Shown piece by piece: positions 41,369 through 52,872 of a stretch of 64,000 nucleotides of DNA (position 1 is the stretch's first letter; each line of letters starts with the position of its first letter). A model generated the notes under the pieces. It worked only from the letters and a program-made list of their open reading frames with translations, had not been told where the DNA came from and did not search any database. A program made the position numbers and the translations under genes. The stretch is from an uncultured delta proteobacterium (GTDB lineage Bacteria > Myxococcota_A > UBA9160 > SMWR01): assembly GCA_963832165.1 (NCBI GenBank), contig CAWHTE010000007.1, forward strand, positions 256,001 through 320,000. The letters are read 5' to 3'.

Positions 41369-41431
41369 AACCCCGCGAAGAACGACGAATCGCGGACCCA
41401 GGAGTTAGCCTGAGGGAAGGAGGCAAGATCC

Positions 41432-43870
41432 ATGGACCCTGCGACGGCGAAGCGCCACGAGAAGCATCCGGCCGCACTCTCGGAGATCGAGCTCGACAAG
41501 ATCGATGCGCTCTGGCGCGCCTCCAACTACCTCTCGCTCGGGCAGATCTACCTGCTCGACAACCCACTGCTGCGCAAGCCGCTCGCGCGCGAGCACATCA
41601 AGCCGCGGTTGCTCGGCCACTGGGGCACGTCGCCCGGCCTGAACTTCCTCTACGCGCACCTGAACCGCGTGATCAACCAGTACGACCTCGACATGATCTA
41701 CGTGATCGGGCCCGGACACGGCGGGCCTTCGCTGGTCGCGCACGCCTATCTCGAGGGAACCTACAGCGAGGTCTACCCGAACATCGAGCAGGACGAAGAC
41801 GGGATGAAGAAGCTGTTCAAGCAGTTCAGCTTCCCGGGCGGCATCCCGAGCCACGTGGCGCCGGAAACTCCCGGCTCGATCCACGAGGGCGGAGAGCTCG
41901 GCTACGCGCTCTCGCATGCCTACGGTGCGGCGTTCGACAACCCGGACCTGATCGTCGCGTGCGTCGTCGGCGACGGCGAGGCCGAGACGGGACCGCTCGC
42001 GACGGGCTGGCACGGCAACAAGTTCCTGAACCCCGCGCGCGACGGCTGCGTGCTGCCGATCCTGCACCTGAACGGATACAAGATTGCCAACCCGTGCTTC
42101 CTCGCGCGCATTCCGAAAGACGAGCTCACGCGGTTCTTCGAGGGCCACGGCTACCGCCCCCATTTCGTGGAGGGCCACGAGCCCGAGCGGATGCACGAGG
42201 AGATGGCGGCGACACTCGACCGCGTCGTCGGCGAGATCCGCGAGATCCAGGCGGACGCGCGCAAGGGCGGCGACCTGAAGCGCCCGACGTGGCCGATGAT
42301 CGTGCTGCGCTCGCCGAAGGGTTGGACTTGTCCGCGCGAGATCGACGGCAAGCTCTGCGAGGGATACTGGCGCAGCCACCAGGTCCCGATGGGAGAGATG
42401 GATTCGCCCGAGCACGTCGGCGTGCTCGAGCAGTGGCTGCGGAGCTATCGGCCCGAAGAGCTGTTCGACGAAAAGGGCAGGCTCGTGCCCGACCTCGCCG
42501 CGCTGGCGCCGAAGGGCGAGCGCCGCATGAGTGCGAACCCGCACGCGAACGGCGGCCTGCTGCTCAAGGACCTGCGACTCCCGGACTTCCGCGACTACAA
42601 GGTGGACGTGAGCGAGCCCGGCTCGGCGACGGCCGAATCGACGCGCGTTCAGGGCAAGTTTCTGCGCGACGTGATGCGGCTGAACCTCGACCGCGAGAAC
42701 TTCCGTCTGTTCAGCCCCGACGAGAACAACTCCAACCGCTGGCAGGACGTGCTCGAGGTGACGAATCGCTGCTGGATGGCCGAGATCCTGCCCGAGGACG
42801 ATCACCTCTCGCCGGACGGCCGCGTGATGGAGGTGCTGTCCGAGCACCAGTGCCAGGGATGGCTCGAGGGCTACCTGCTCACGGGTCGGCACGGCTTCTT
42901 CAGCTGCTACGAGGCCTTCATCCACATCATCGACTCGATGTTCAATCAGCACGCGAAGTGGCTCAAGGTCTGCAACGAGATCCCGTGGCGGCGGCCGATC
43001 GCCTCGCTGAACTACCTCTTGTCCTCTCACGTCTGGCGTCAGGACCACAACGGATTCAGCCACCAGGACCCGGGCTTCCTCGATCATGTCGTGAACAAGA
43101 AGGCCGAGGTGATCCGGATCTACCTGCCCCCCGACGCCAACACGCTCCTGCACGTCACCGATCAGTGTCTGCGCAGCCGCAACTGCGTGAACGTCGTGGT
43201 GGCCGGGAAGCAGCCGGCGCCGCAGTGGCTCTCGATGGACCAGGCGGTCAAGCACTGCATCGCGGGGATCGGAATCTGGGACTGGGCCAGCAACGACCAG
43301 GGCAGCGAGCCCGACGTCGTGATGGCCTGCTGCGGCGACGTGCCCACGCTCGAGACGCTCGCGGCGGTGCAGCTGCTGCGCCGCCACCTGCCCGAGCTCA
43401 AGATCCGCGTGATCAACGTCGTGGACCTGATGCGGCTGCAGCCGCCCGAGGAGCACCCGCAGGGTCTTTCCGATCGGGAGTTCGACGTCCTGTTCACGAC
43501 GGACAAGCCAGTCATCTTCGCGTTCCACGGCTATCCGTGGCTGATCCACCGCCTCACCTACCGCCGCACGAACCACGCCAACCTGCACGTGCGCGGATTC
43601 AAGGAGGAGGGCACCACGACCACGCCGTTCGACATGGTGGTGCTGAACGACCTCGACCGGTTCCACCTCGTCGAGGACGTGATCGACCGCGTGCCGACGC
43701 TCGGCGCGCGCGCCGCCTACTTCAAGCAGGCGATCCGCGACAAGCTGATCGAGCACAAGCAGTACATCGAAGAATACGGCGAGGACATGCCCGAGATCAC
43801 CGAGTGGCGCTGGGGCGACACCTCGCAGGTCCAGGCTCGGGGCAGCTCGACCGAAGCCGACAACGTCTAG
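41432..43870 (+). CDS. xfp: Xylulose-5-P/fructose-6-P phosphoketolase
   Basis: [39 protein letters not shown]. Confidence 0.96.
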   Translation: MDPATAKRHEKHPAALSEIELDKIDALWRASNYLSLGQIYLLDNPLLRKPLAREHIKPRLLGHWGTSPGLNFLYAHLNRVINQYDLDMIYVIGPGHGGPSLVAHAYLEGTYSEVYPNIEQDEDGMKKLFKQFSFPGGIPSHVAPETPGSIHEGGELGYALSHAYGAAFDNPDLIVACVVGDGEAETGPLATGWHGNKFLNPARDGCVLPILHLNGYKIANPCFLARIPKDELTRFFEGHGYRPHFVEGHEPERMHEEMAATLDRVVGEIREIQADARKGGDLKRPTWPMIVLRSPKGWTCPREIDGKLCEGYWRSHQVPMGEMDSPEHVGVLEQWLRSYRPEELFDEKGRLVPDLAALAPKGERRMSANPHANGGLLLKDLRLPDFRDYKVDVSEPGSATAESTRVQGKFLRDVMRLNLDRENFRLFSPDENNSNRWQDVLEVTNRCWMAEILPEDDHLSPDGRVMEVLSEHQCQGWLEGYLLTGRHGFFSCYEAFIHIIDSMFNQHAKWLKVCNEIPWRRPIASLNYLLSSHVWRQDHNGFSHQDPGFLDHVVNKKAEVIRIYLPPDANTLLHVTDQCLRSRNCVNVVVAGKQPAPQWLSMDQAVKHCIAGIGIWDWASNDQGSEPDVVMACCGDVPTLETLAAVQLLRRHLPELKIRVINVVDLMRLQPPEEHPQGLSDREFDVLFTTDKPVIFAFHGYPWLIHRLTYRRTNHANLHVRGFKEEGTTTTPFDMVVLNDLDRFHLVEDVIDRVPTLGARAAYFKQAIRDKLIEHKQYIEEYGEDMPEITEWRWGDTSQVQARGSSTEADNV

Positions 43871-43879
43871 GTCGAGGGG

Positions 43880-45526
43880 ATGGCGCTCTCACCGCTCGCG
43901 GGAAAGCCCGCCCCGAAGGACATGCTCGTCGACGTGTCCCGGCTCGAACGCGAATACTACTCGCGCGTTCCGGACCCCGAAGACTCCGCGCAGGCCGTCA
44001 GCTTCGGCACGAGCGGCCATCGCGGCTCGTCGCTGCGCGGATCGTTCACGGAAGCGCACATCCTCGCGATCACGCAGGCGATCTGCGACTACCGGCACAC
44101 GCAGGGCATCGATGGCCCGCTCTACCTGGGCAAGGACACGCACGCGCTGTCGGGTCCCGCCGAGCGCACCGCACTCGAAGTGCTCGCGGCGAATGGCGTG
44201 GAAACGGTCATCCAGCGCGATGATGGCTTCACGCCGACGCCGGTCATCTCGCGCGCGATCCTCGCCTACAACCGCGCGCGCGCGGATCACCTCGCGGACG
44301 GGATCGTCGTGACGCCGTCGCACAATCCTCCCGAGGACGGCGGCTTCAAGTACAACCCGCCGCACGGGGGGCCGGCCGACACCGACGCGACGCGCTGGGT
44401 GCAGGGGCGCGCGAATGATTTCCTGCGCGCCGCCAATGCCGGCGTGAAGCGCCTTCCGAGCGAAGACGCGCTGCGCGCGCCGACCACGCATCGCGAGGAC
44501 CTCGTTCTGCCGTACGTGAACGACCTGCGGAACGCGGTCGACATGGATGCGATCCGCTCGGCGGGGCTCGCGCTCGCGGTCGACCCGCTCGGCGGCGCGG
44601 CCGTCCACTACTGGGAGCCGATCAACACCGTGTACGGGCTCGACATCGAGGTCGTGAACGCGAAGGTCGACCCGACCTTCTCGTTCATGACGGTCGACCA
44701 CGACGGTGCGATCCGGATGGATTGTTCGAGTCCCTACGCGATGGCCCGGCTCGTCGGACTCAAGGATCGCTACCGCGTGGCCTTCGCGAACGATCCCGAT
44801 TCGGACCGGCACGGCATCGTCACGCCGTCCGCGGGGCTCCTGAACCCGAATCACTACCTCGCCGTCGCGATCCACTTCCTCGTGTCGCACCGCCCGCAGT
44901 GGCCGGCACAGGCGGTGATCGGCAAGACGCTCGTTTCGAGCAGCATGATCGATCGGGTCGCGAGCGACCTCGGGCGGCGCGTGCTCGAAGTCCCGGTGGG
45001 CTTCAAGTGGTTCGTGTCGGGCCTGTTCGACGGCTCGTGCTGCTTCGGCGGCGAGGAGAGCGCGGGCGCGAGCTTCCTGCGCCGCGACGGGACCGTCTGG
45101 ACCACCGACAAGGACGGTCTGATCCTGAACCTGCTCGCGGCGGAGATCACGGCGCGCACGGGCCGCGACCCGGGTGAGCACTACCAGGAGCTCGCGGCGA
45201 GATTCGGCGCGCCCCACTACACGCGCATCGACGCGCCCGCGACGCCCGACGAGAAGGCGAGGCTCGGGGCGCTGGCTCCCGACGACGTCGCAGCGTCCAC
45301 GCTCGCAGGCGAACCCATCACGGCCAAGCTCACGGCCGCGCCCGGCAATGGCGCGCCGATCGGCGGGCTCAAGGTGACGGCCCAGAACGGCTGGTTCGCA
45401 GCGCGCCCGTCCGGCACCGAGAACATCTACAAGATCTACGCCGAGAGCTTCCGCGACTCCGCCCACCTCGACGCGATCGTGAGCGAAGCGCGCGAGATCG
45501 TGAACGCGGCGCTCGCCCGGAAGTAG
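43880..45526 (+). CDS. pgm: Phosphoglucomutase (alpha-D-glucose-1,6-bisphosphate dependent)
   Basis: [35 protein letters not shown]. Confidence 0.96.
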   Translation: MALSPLAGKPAPKDMLVDVSRLEREYYSRVPDPEDSAQAVSFGTSGHRGSSLRGSFTEAHILAITQAICDYRHTQGIDGPLYLGKDTHALSGPAERTALEVLAANGVETVIQRDDGFTPTPVISRAILAYNRARADHLADGIVVTPSHNPPEDGGFKYNPPHGGPADTDATRWVQGRANDFLRAANAGVKRLPSEDALRAPTTHREDLVLPYVNDLRNAVDMDAIRSAGLALAVDPLGGAAVHYWEPINTVYGLDIEVVNAKVDPTFSFMTVDHDGAIRMDCSSPYAMARLVGLKDRYRVAFANDPDSDRHGIVTPSAGLLNPNHYLAVAIHFLVSHRPQWPAQAVIGKTLVSSSMIDRVASDLGRRVLEVPVGFKWFVSGLFDGSCCFGGEESAGASFLRRDGTVWTTDKDGLILNLLAAEITARTGRDPGEHYQELAARFGAPHYTRIDAPATPDEKARLGALAPDDVAASTLAGEPITAKLTAAPGNGAPIGGLKVTAQNGWFAARPSGTENIYKIYAESFRDSAHLDAIVSEAREIVNAALARK

Positions 45527-45539
45527 TATTCTGCCCGGC

Positions 45540-46388
45540 GTGTCGGAACCGGCTTTCGTCGAAACCGTCTTCCACCCGACGGATTTTTCCGAGGCGAGCC
45601 ACGTCGCGTTCGCCCACGCGCTCGCCGTGGCGCTGCTGCGCCAGACCCGGCTGACGATCCTCCACTCGGGCCGGGATTTCCTCGCCGAGGACGAGTGGTC
45701 GAAGTTCCCGGCCGTCCGGAAAACCCTCGAATCCTGGGGGTGCCTGGAGCCGGGAAGCCCGCGCTCGGCGATCCGCGATCAGCTCGACGTCACGGTCCGG
45801 AAGGTCAACCTGCGGAGCCGCAGCCCCGCGACCGCGATCATCGACTTCCTCACCGAGCACGACACCGACCTGATCGTGCTCGCCACGGAGGGCCGCGAGG
45901 GTGTTCCGGGGTGGCTGCGGTCTTCCGTCGCCGAACGAGTCGCGCGCGAGACGCGCACGATGACGCTGTTCGTGCCGGCGCAGGGACACGGCTTCGTAGA
46001 CCCGAAGACCGGAGCGATCCATCTGTCGCGGGTGCTGTTGCCGGTGACGGGCGCGCCGTCGGCTCAACCCGCGCTCGACTACGCCGCGCGCGCGGCCCGG
46101 ATCGCCGGCGAGCCGGTCGAGTTCGTGCTGCTGCACGTCGGCGACGGGCCGATGCCCGGGCTGGCCAGACCCGAGGATCCCGCGTTCCGGTTCCGCGAAG
46201 AGCGGCGCAGCGGCGACGTGAGTGACGAGATCGTGCGCGCCGCGCAGGAGCTGGGCGCCGATCTGATCGCGATGACCACCGACGGGCGCGACGGATTCCT
46301 GGGCGCGCTCGGCCGCGGCAGCCACACCGAGCGGGTCGTGCGCAGCGCACCGTGTCCCGTGCTCGCCGTGCCGGTCGGGAGGGCCTAG
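45540..46388 (+). CDS. Tandem-domain universal stress protein
   Basis: [33 protein letters not shown]. Confidence 0.92.
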   Translation: MSEPAFVETVFHPTDFSEASHVAFAHALAVALLRQTRLTILHSGRDFLAEDEWSKFPAVRKTLESWGCLEPGSPRSAIRDQLDVTVRKVNLRSRSPATAIIDFLTEHDTDLIVLATEGREGVPGWLRSSVAERVARETRTMTLFVPAQGHGFVDPKTGAIHLSRVLLPVTGAPSAQPALDYAARAARIAGEPVEFVLLHVGDGPMPGLARPEDPAFRFREERRSGDVSDEIVRAAQELGADLIAMTTDGRDGFLGALGRGSHTERVVRSAPCPVLAVPVGRA

Positions 46389-46402
46389 CGCCCGCGCCTC
46401 GG

Positions 46403-47221
46403 ATGCAGACCTTCAACCGGATCGCGAACACCGTCTTCGACCCGCTGCTCGCACCGTTCGGGCACGAGCACGCGGCATTCGACCTGTTCGTGTGGCCGAC
46501 GCTCATGGGCGTGCTCGCGATCGCGGTCTACAAGGTCGTCTCGAACCAGAAGGCGCTCGCGCGCGTCAAGAGCCAGATCAGCATGCGGCTGCTCGAGATC
46601 CGGCTGTTCAGCCATGACATCCTGCAGGTGCTGCGGTCGACCGGGATGATCGTGCTCAAGAACTTCGTCTACCTCGGCAACCACATGCTGCCGATGGTGA
46701 TCATGCTCGGGCCGTTCGTGGTAATCCTCGCGCAACTGGTCGCGAACTACGCCTACGCGCCGTCTCCGCGCGGATCGGTGGAGCTCCTGCACGTGCAGCT
46801 CGATCCGGACGCCGGTGTATCGGCGCGCGACGCGACGCTCGCGTTGCCCGACGGCGTCGCGCTCGACGCGCCGCCCGTCGCCACGGCCGACTACCAGGTG
46901 TTCTGGCGGCTGCGCGCCGACGAGCCGGGCGACCACGTGCTGCGCGTCGCGATCGGCGGCACCGTGTACGAGAAGGGCTGGGCGGTTGGCGGTGATGCGC
47001 GCAAGGTGCCGCTGCGGCGGCTGCGCGGTCTCGAGGCGATCCTCTACCCCGGCGAGCCCGCGCTGCCCTCGGACGGCCCCGTGCTCGCGATCGAGCTCGG
47101 CATACATCCTCGCACGCTCGGTCCGCTTCCGGCCGGGGAGCTCGGCATCGTGCTCTGGACGCTCGTGCTCTCGCTCGCCGCCGGATTCGCCGTGAAGGGC
47201 GTGTTCGGCGTGACGCTCTAG
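46403..47221 (+). CDS. Membrane protein with TM-coiled coil-TM architecture (DUF106/EMC3-like, tentative)
   Basis: TM, amphipathic [23 protein letters not shown], second TM, soluble beta domain, C-terminal TM. Confidence 0.6.
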   Translation: MQTFNRIANTVFDPLLAPFGHEHAAFDLFVWPTLMGVLAIAVYKVVSNQKALARVKSQISMRLLEIRLFSHDILQVLRSTGMIVLKNFVYLGNHMLPMVIMLGPFVVILAQLVANYAYAPSPRGSVELLHVQLDPDAGVSARDATLALPDGVALDAPPVATADYQVFWRLRADEPGDHVLRVAIGGTVYEKGWAVGGDARKVPLRRLRGLEAILYPGEPALPSDGPVLAIELGIHPRTLGPLPAGELGIVLWTLVLSLAAGFAVKGVFGVTL

Positions 47222-47224
47222 ACC

Positions 47225-47860
47225 GTGCTCCACGCGCTGTGGCGCCGCCTCACGCGCAGATCGCGCGGCGAGCCGATCGTCGTGGTGAGCGGCCTGCCGC
47301 GCTCGGGCACCTCGATGATGATGCTCATGCTCGACGCGGGCGGCGTCGAGATTCTCGCCGACGAAGTGCGCGCAGCCGACGTCGACAACCCGAAGGGCTA
47401 TTTCGAGCTCGAGCGGATCAAGCACCTCGAGACGGAGACGGACAAGTCGTACCTGCGCGCGGCGCGCGGCAAGGCCGTGAAGGTGATCTCGTTCCTGATC
47501 AAGGACCTGCCGGACGAGAACGACTACCGCGTGCTGTTCATGCGCCGCGATCTCGACGAGGTGCTCACGAGCCAGCAGAAGATGCTCGACCGGCTCGCGA
47601 CCGCGAACCCGAACGCCGGCGATGCGCCCTCGGTCAAGGAGGCGTTCCGCAACGACATCGCGCGCGTGCGCGTGCTGGGCCGGACGCGTGCGAACTTCGC
47701 GCTCTGCGAGATCCACTACAAGGACGCGATCGCGGATCCGGCCGCCGTGTGCCGGACCGTGAATGCGTTCCTGGGCGGGCACCTCGACGAGGCCGCGATG
47801 CACGCCGCGATCGACGCATCGCTGTACCGGAACCGCGGTCGCAAGGAGGCCGACTCGTAG
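47225..47860 (+). CDS. Sulfotransferase family protein
   Basis: PAPS-binding loop [24 protein letters not shown]. Confidence 0.85.
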   Translation: MLHALWRRLTRRSRGEPIVVVSGLPRSGTSMMMLMLDAGGVEILADEVRAADVDNPKGYFELERIKHLETETDKSYLRAARGKAVKVISFLIKDLPDENDYRVLFMRRDLDEVLTSQQKMLDRLATANPNAGDAPSVKEAFRNDIARVRVLGRTRANFALCEIHYKDAIADPAAVCRTVNAFLGGHLDEAAMHAAIDASLYRNRGRKEADS

Positions 47861-47870
47861 AGTCGGCCGA

Positions 47871-47899
47871 CGCGCAGCGAGCCGTAGGCGAGCGAAGGC
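47871..47899 (-). repeat. Dispersed REP-like intergenic repeat, copy 1
   Basis: Reverse complement matches 55784-55812 at 27/29. Confidence 0.75.
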
Positions 47900-47926
47900 G
47901 GGCCCCTGCAAGGGTGGGACCCCAAG

Positions 47927-47955
47927 TTGACGCCCCGCAGGCGGCCCCGTACGCT
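47927..47955 (+). promoter_or_regulatory. sigma70-type promoter of the methionine synthesis gene
   Basis: TTGACG-17 bp-TACGCT. Confidence 0.75.
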
Positions 47956-47976
47956 GGTGAGGTCCGGCTCGAAAAA

Positions 47977-48045
47977 CCGGGTGATTTCCGGTGCTTGCAG
48001 ACCCGCGACCCGGCCCTGGGGCCCGCACCCGCGCTGCTAAGCACC
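47977..48045 (+). ncRNA. SAM-II/SAM-V-like riboswitch (H-type pseudoknot)
   Basis: P1 CGGGU/ACCCG, UGAUUU, UUGCAG, and GCUAAGCACC pairing with GGUGCUU-GC; lies between the promoter and the metB-like gene. Confidence 0.7.
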
Positions 48046-48064
48046 ATAAGAAAGCGGGAACAGC

Positions 48065-49252
48065 ATGAGCAAGCGCCCCGATCCTCCGGGCGACTCGACG
48101 CGCGCCGTGCACGGCGGCGAGCGGGCCCACCAGGCCACCGATGCGGTGACCACGCCCATCTATCAGACGTCCACGTTCTGGTTTCCCGACTCGAAGACGC
48201 TCGCGGCGTACCAAGAAGGACGCGCGGTGCGCGACGAGTATGGCCGCTACGGAAACCCGACCTGGCGCGCGGTCGAGCGCAAGCTCTGCGAGCTCGAGGG
48301 CGCCGAAGCCGCGGTGCTGTCCGCGTCCGGCATGTGCGCGGCCACCACGCTCTTCCTCGCGCTGCTGCCGCGCGGCGGCCACCTGATCGTGACGAGCGAC
48401 TGCTACCGGCGCACGCGCCAGTTCATCGAGCAGTACCTCACCAAGCTCGACGTCGAGACGACCGTGATCGAGCCCAGCGACACCAAGCAGCTCGCCGACG
48501 CGATCCGGCCTACGACGCGCCTGTTCTTCACCGAGTCGCCCACCAACCCGTACCTGCGCGTGATCGACGTGGCGGAGGCCGCGCGCATAGCGCACGCACG
48601 CGGCGTCGAGGTGGTGATCGATTCCACGTTCGCCACACCCGTGAACCACCGCGCGCTCGCCGACGGCGCCGACTACGTGATCCACAGCGCGACGAAGTAT
48701 CTCGGCGGCCACAACGACCTGCTCGGCGGCGTCGTGCTCGGCAGCGCGGCGCAGGTCGCGCCCGTGCGCGACGCGATCGGCGTGCTCGGCGGCGTGATCG
48801 ACGCCCATGCGGCCTACCTGCTCCTGCGCGGGATCAAGACGCTCGCGGTGCGCATGGAGCGGCACAACGCGAACGGCTTGCGCGTGGCGACCTGGCTCGA
48901 GGCGCACCCACGCGTGCGCCAGGTCTGGTATCCGGGGCTTCCGAGCCATCCCGATCACGGCATTGCCGCACGCACGATGCGCGGCTTCGGCGGCGTGGTC
49001 ACGTTCGAGCTCGACACCTCGATCGAGGGCGCGTTCCGCTTCACGGACGCGTGCAAGATCCCGTACATCGCGCCGAGCCTCGGCGGCGTCGAGAGCCTGA
49101 TCGAGGTGCCCGCGCTGATGTCGTTCTGGGACCGCACGCCCGAGGAGCGCGCGGCGCTCGGAATCCGCGATTCGCTCGTGCGGCTGTCGCTGGGCATCGA
49201 GGACGCGGACGACCTGATCGCCGACCTCACCCAGGCGCTCGAGCAGATCTGA
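48065..49252 (+). CDS. metB: Cystathionine gamma-synthase family PLP enzyme (plant CGS-like)
   Basis: [34 protein letters not shown]. Confidence 0.85.
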   Translation: MSKRPDPPGDSTRAVHGGERAHQATDAVTTPIYQTSTFWFPDSKTLAAYQEGRAVRDEYGRYGNPTWRAVERKLCELEGAEAAVLSASGMCAATTLFLALLPRGGHLIVTSDCYRRTRQFIEQYLTKLDVETTVIEPSDTKQLADAIRPTTRLFFTESPTNPYLRVIDVAEAARIAHARGVEVVIDSTFATPVNHRALADGADYVIHSATKYLGGHNDLLGGVVLGSAAQVAPVRDAIGVLGGVIDAHAAYLLLRGIKTLAVRMERHNANGLRVATWLEAHPRVRQVWYPGLPSHPDHGIAARTMRGFGGVVTFELDTSIEGAFRFTDACKIPYIAPSLGGVESLIEVPALMSFWDRTPEERAALGIRDSLVRLSLGIEDADDLIADLTQALEQI

Positions 49253-49265
49253 GGAGCACGTCTCC

Positions 49266-50099
49266 ATGGCACTGCGCATCGCGCTGCTCGTGATCGCCGC
49301 CGCGCTCGCGCCGAGCTTCGCCCACGCGGAGACGAAGGCGCACGCCAAGTGGGCGAAGGCGATCTACCGCGCATCCGGGATCGATCCCGTCCTGCAGTCC
49401 GCGAGTGCCCAGGTCGTCCAGGGGATGGGGCCCCAGGTCACCCAGATGCCGCCCTTCGTGCGCAAGGCGATCGAGCGGGCCGCTCTGACCGAATACGACG
49501 GCAAGATCCTGAAGCGGGACGTGCTCGCGCGGATCGAGACGAAGATCGAGCCCGCGCGTGCCGAGCCGGTCATGGGCTGGCTCGAATCCAAGCGCGGCCG
49601 CGCCTTCACGAAGGCCGAGGAGGCGATGGCCGATCCCGAGCTGATGGCGCGCGTCCAGACCTGGTCCGAGTTGCCCGAGAACGCGAATCCCCCGGCCTCG
49701 CGGCTCGCGCTCGTGCGACGCATCGACACGGCGAGCGGCGCGACCGACTTCGCGGTGGATCTCTCGCTCGCGACCGCGCTGGCCGTGGCCGTCGCGGCCG
49801 ACGCGACGAGCGGCTCTCCGAAGCAGCTCGAGTCGCTGCGCCAGATGCTCGATGCAGAGCGCCCCCGCATGCGCTCGCAGATGCAGGGCATCACGCGCGT
49901 GACCTACCTCTATGTCTACCGCGGCTTCAGCGACGCGGAGCTCGAGCCCTACGTCGCGTTCCTCGAGTCGGAGAACGGGAAGTGGTACTCGCAGATCACC
50001 TCGCAGGCGGTGCTCGGCGCGTTCACGGCCTCGGCGTCGCGGATGGGTAGTGCGCTCAAGAAAGAGCTCGGCGCGCTGAGCACGTCCGAGGCGCTCTGA
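49266..50099 (+). CDS. Exported helical hypothetical protein (DUF2059-like)
   Basis: Signal peptide [23 protein letters not shown] motif; GAGGAG RBS. Confidence 0.6.
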   Translation: MALRIALLVIAAALAPSFAHAETKAHAKWAKAIYRASGIDPVLQSASAQVVQGMGPQVTQMPPFVRKAIERAALTEYDGKILKRDVLARIETKIEPARAEPVMGWLESKRGRAFTKAEEAMADPELMARVQTWSELPENANPPASRLALVRRIDTASGATDFAVDLSLATALAVAVAADATSGSPKQLESLRQMLDAERPRMRSQMQGITRVTYLYVYRGFSDAELEPYVAFLESENGKWYSQITSQAVLGAFTASASRMGSALKKELGALSTSEAL

Positions 50100-50100
50100 A

Positions 50101-50685
50101 CTAGCGCAGGAAGTAGTAGGCAGCCGCTGCGAGCACCGCGGCGAACGCGATCCAGTTCGCGCCGAACGGCAGCGGGCCCTGCGGCTCCTGGATGTCGGGC
50201 GGCTCGGACAGCCGGAACTGGTCACCCGCGTCGAGGCTGAGCGGCCGATTCGCCGAAGAGCTGGGGCGCATCCGCGGGGTGCGCCGCAGAGGCGTGACGG
50301 CGCGCAGCGACTCGATCGGCCGCGGCGCGGGCGGCACGACGACGCCGAATTCGGCGCGCTGCACGCGCTCCGGGAGCTCTGTCGGCGCCTCGAGCGACTG
50401 CGCACCCAGCGTCGCGCGCGCCTGTTGCAGCGCCACGCGCAGGTCCGCCGTCTTGGGCTGACCCGGCCGGCCCATCCCGAGCACCTCGAGCTTCGCGATC
50501 GCCTTGGGATCGGCGCCTGCGCGGCGCAGCGCCGCCGCGGCGGACTCTGCGAACACCTGCTGGAGCCGCGTCGGATCCCTGAGCCGCTGGGTCACCTGCC
50601 CGACGCGGCGCGCGATCTTCACCACGATCACGATCGGGATCGCGACGAACGCGAGCGTCATCAGCGTCACGATGATCTCGAGCAC
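50101..50685 (-). CDS. Hypothetical membrane protein
   Basis: N- and C-terminal TM helices; fills the gap between neighbours. Confidence 0.6.
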   Translation of the reverse strand: MLEIIVTLMTLAFVAIPIVIVVKIARRVGQVTQRLRDPTRLQQVFAESAAAALRRAGADPKAIAKLEVLGMGRPGQPKTADLRVALQQARATLGAQSLEAPTELPERVQRAEFGVVVPPAPRPIESLRAVTPLRRTPRMRPSSSANRPLSLDAGDQFRLSEPPDIQEPQGPLPFGANWIAFAAVLAAAAYYFLR

Positions 50686-50916
50686 GACCCCTGATCGGTA
50701 GCGCCGCCCCGCGGCTGGAGCCAGTCGACTGCGGCGGCGCGCGTACGGCGCGCGGGTCGATGGTGTGAAGTGCGTCATACGCGTTGTCGAGCGCAATCGG
50801 AAATCCTCGGAGCGCCTCGTCACAGGCGGTGATCGAAAGGCAAAGCCCTTCCGGTACTTCGAGTGACCAATGATTGCTTCCCCCCAGGCCAATCCTTCTG
50901 GAGGTACGATGCGGCG

Positions 50917-52872
50917 ATGTCTTCCCGACCTATTCCTCGTCATGGCGCCATCGTGAGGTGGGCCGCCGTGATCGGCATGGGTCTCGGAGTAGGCGCCGCG
51001 GCGTGCCTAGCGCGAGCCGCGGGCTGGCTCGAGTGGGCAGATCTGCGCCTGTACGACGCTGCGGTTGCCGCGCGCGCGGGCGCGGCCCCTGCGGGAGTTC
51101 CGATCACGCTCGTGCGCATCCGGGAGGAAGAGATTGAACGCCACGGGCATCCGCTACCCGATGCGATCCTCGCGCGCGCGATCGAGCAGATCGCGAGTGC
51201 GCAGCCGAGCGCGATCGGCGTCGATCTCTACCGCGATGTCGCGGTGGGTGACGCGCGCGGGCGCGCCGAGCTCGCGGCGCTCGTGAAGCGCACGCCCGGG
51301 CTCGTGTTCGTCGAGAAGCTGCCGGAGCCCGGAGTGCCGGGAGTCGCGGCGCCGGAGTTCGCGAGCGCTGACTCGCTGGGCTTCAACGACGTCGTGGTCG
51401 ACCCCGACGGTGTGCTGCGGCGCGGCGTGCTGATGCTCTGGGACGCCGAAGGCAACCCGAGTCTCGGCCTCGCGCTCCAGCTCGCGCTGCATCATCTGTC
51501 TTCGCGCGGAATCTCGCTGGGCCCGGCTCCCGATCAGCCTGAGCATCTGAAGCTTGGGGCGACGGCCTTCCCGCCGCTCGAGTCGGACGACGGCGGCTAC
51601 GTCGGCCTCGATGCCGGGGGATACCAGGTGCTGCTCGACCTGCGCGCGGGGCGCGACGGGTTCGCCGAGTACGCGTTCGACGACGCGCTCGCGGCGCGGA
51701 TCCCCTCGGAGGCTCTGCGCGATCGCATCGTGATCCTCGGCACGACTGCCGAGAGCGTGAAGGATGAGTTCCAGACCGCGCTGCGCGGCGGCGCCATTCC
51801 CGGCATCGCCGTCCACGCCCATCTGGCCGACCAGCTCGTGCGCTGGGCGCTGGGCACGTCCTCGCCGCTGCGTTTCTGGAGCGGCGGCCAGGAGATCGCG
51901 TGGACACTGGCGTGGAGCGTGGGGATCGCGAGCATCGCCGCTGCGGTGAGCGGCCCCGCGACGCTGGCCGCGGGCGCGCTCGGCGCGATCGCGCTGTTGC
52001 TAGGTGCGAGCTGGCTCTTGTTCGGCGCGGGATTCTGGGTGCCCGCCGCGGGACCGCTCGCGGCTTCGCTCGCATCGGGCGGAATCGTGCTCGCCGACGT
52101 CGCGCGGCGTGCGCGCGCGGAGCGCGCTGCCGTGATGGACCTGTTCGGCCGCTATGTCTCGGGCCCGGTCGCGAACGAGCTCTGGCAGCGGCGCCGCGAG
52201 TTCATGGACGGCAACCGCCCGCGCTCGCAGCGCCTCGTGATCACCGCGCTGCTCACCGACCTCAAGGGCTACACGGGCGCGGCGGAGAAGATGGACCCGG
52301 TCGAGCTCATGCAGTGGATCAACGAGTACATGGACGTGATGACCCAGGTGATCGAGGCGCACGGCGGATTCGTCGACGACTACTCCGGTGACGGCATCAA
52401 AGCCAACTTCGGCGTGCCGATCCGACACCAGGAGGCGTCGCAGGTGGCCGACGACGCGCGCACTGCGGTGAGCTGCGCACTCGCGATGGGGCGCGCGCTC
52501 GAGCGGCTCGACGACGAGTGGGAGAGCCGCGGGCTGCCGACCGCGCGCATGCGGATCGGCCTGTTCACGGGCGAAGCCGTCATCGGGAGCCTCGGCAGCG
52601 CCGCGCGAATGAAGTACACGACGGTCGGCGACACCGTGAACACGGCCGCGCGCCTCGAGAGCTTCCAGAAAGAGGAGTTCGAGGCCGAGGCCGCGACCGG
52701 CCGGGGCTCGCGGTTCCGGATCCTGATCGGCGGCTCCACCCACCGCCTCCTCGGCGACGCATTCGAGACCGAATCGCTCGGAGAGCACGTGCTGCGCGGA
52801 CGCGGCGAACCGGTCGCGATCTACCGCGTGCGCGCCGAGCGCGGATCGACTGATAGGAGGGACTCTCGATGA
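50917..52872 (+). CDS. CHASE2-domain class III nucleotidyl (adenylate/guanylate) cyclase
   Basis: IGVDLYRD and DPDGVLRR CHASE2 motifs, 3 TMs, TDLKGYT, GDTVNTAARLES. Confidence 0.92.
   Translation: MSSRPIPRHGAIVRWAAVIGMGLGVGAAACLARAAGWLEWADLRLYDAAVAARAGAAPAGVPITLVRIREEEIERHGHPLPDAILARAIEQIASAQPSAIGVDLYRDVAVGDARGRAELAALVKRTPGLVFVEKLPEPGVPGVAAPEFASADSLGFNDVVVDPDGVLRRGVLMLWDAEGNPSLGLALQLALHHLSSRGISLGPAPDQPEHLKLGATAFPPLESDDGGYVGLDAGGYQVLLDLRAGRDGFAEYAFDDALAARIPSEALRDRIVILGTTAESVKDEFQTALRGGAIPGIAVHAHLADQLVRWALGTSSPLRFWSGGQEIAWTLAWSVGIASIAAAVSGPATLAAGALGAIALLLGASWLLFGAGFWVPAAGPLAASLASGGIVLADVARRARAERAAVMDLFGRYVSGPVANELWQRRREFMDGNRPRSQRLVITALLTDLKGYTGAAEKMDPVELMQWINEYMDVMTQVIEAHGGFVDDYSGDGIKANFGVPIRHQEASQVADDARTAVSCALAMGRALERLDDEWESRGLPTARMRIGLFTGEAVIGSLGSAARMKYTTVGDTVNTAARLESFQKEEFEAEAATGRGSRFRILIGGSTHRLLGDAFETESLGEHVLRGRGEPVAIYRVRAERGSTDRRDSR

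Noticed and set aside
35158..49348. Very long antisense or alternate-frame ORFs (e.g. 35158-39000, 39817-44223, 46385-49348)
   Set aside because: These are Arg/Ala/Pro-rich shadows of genuine genes, expected at this GC content, with no recognisable motifs.
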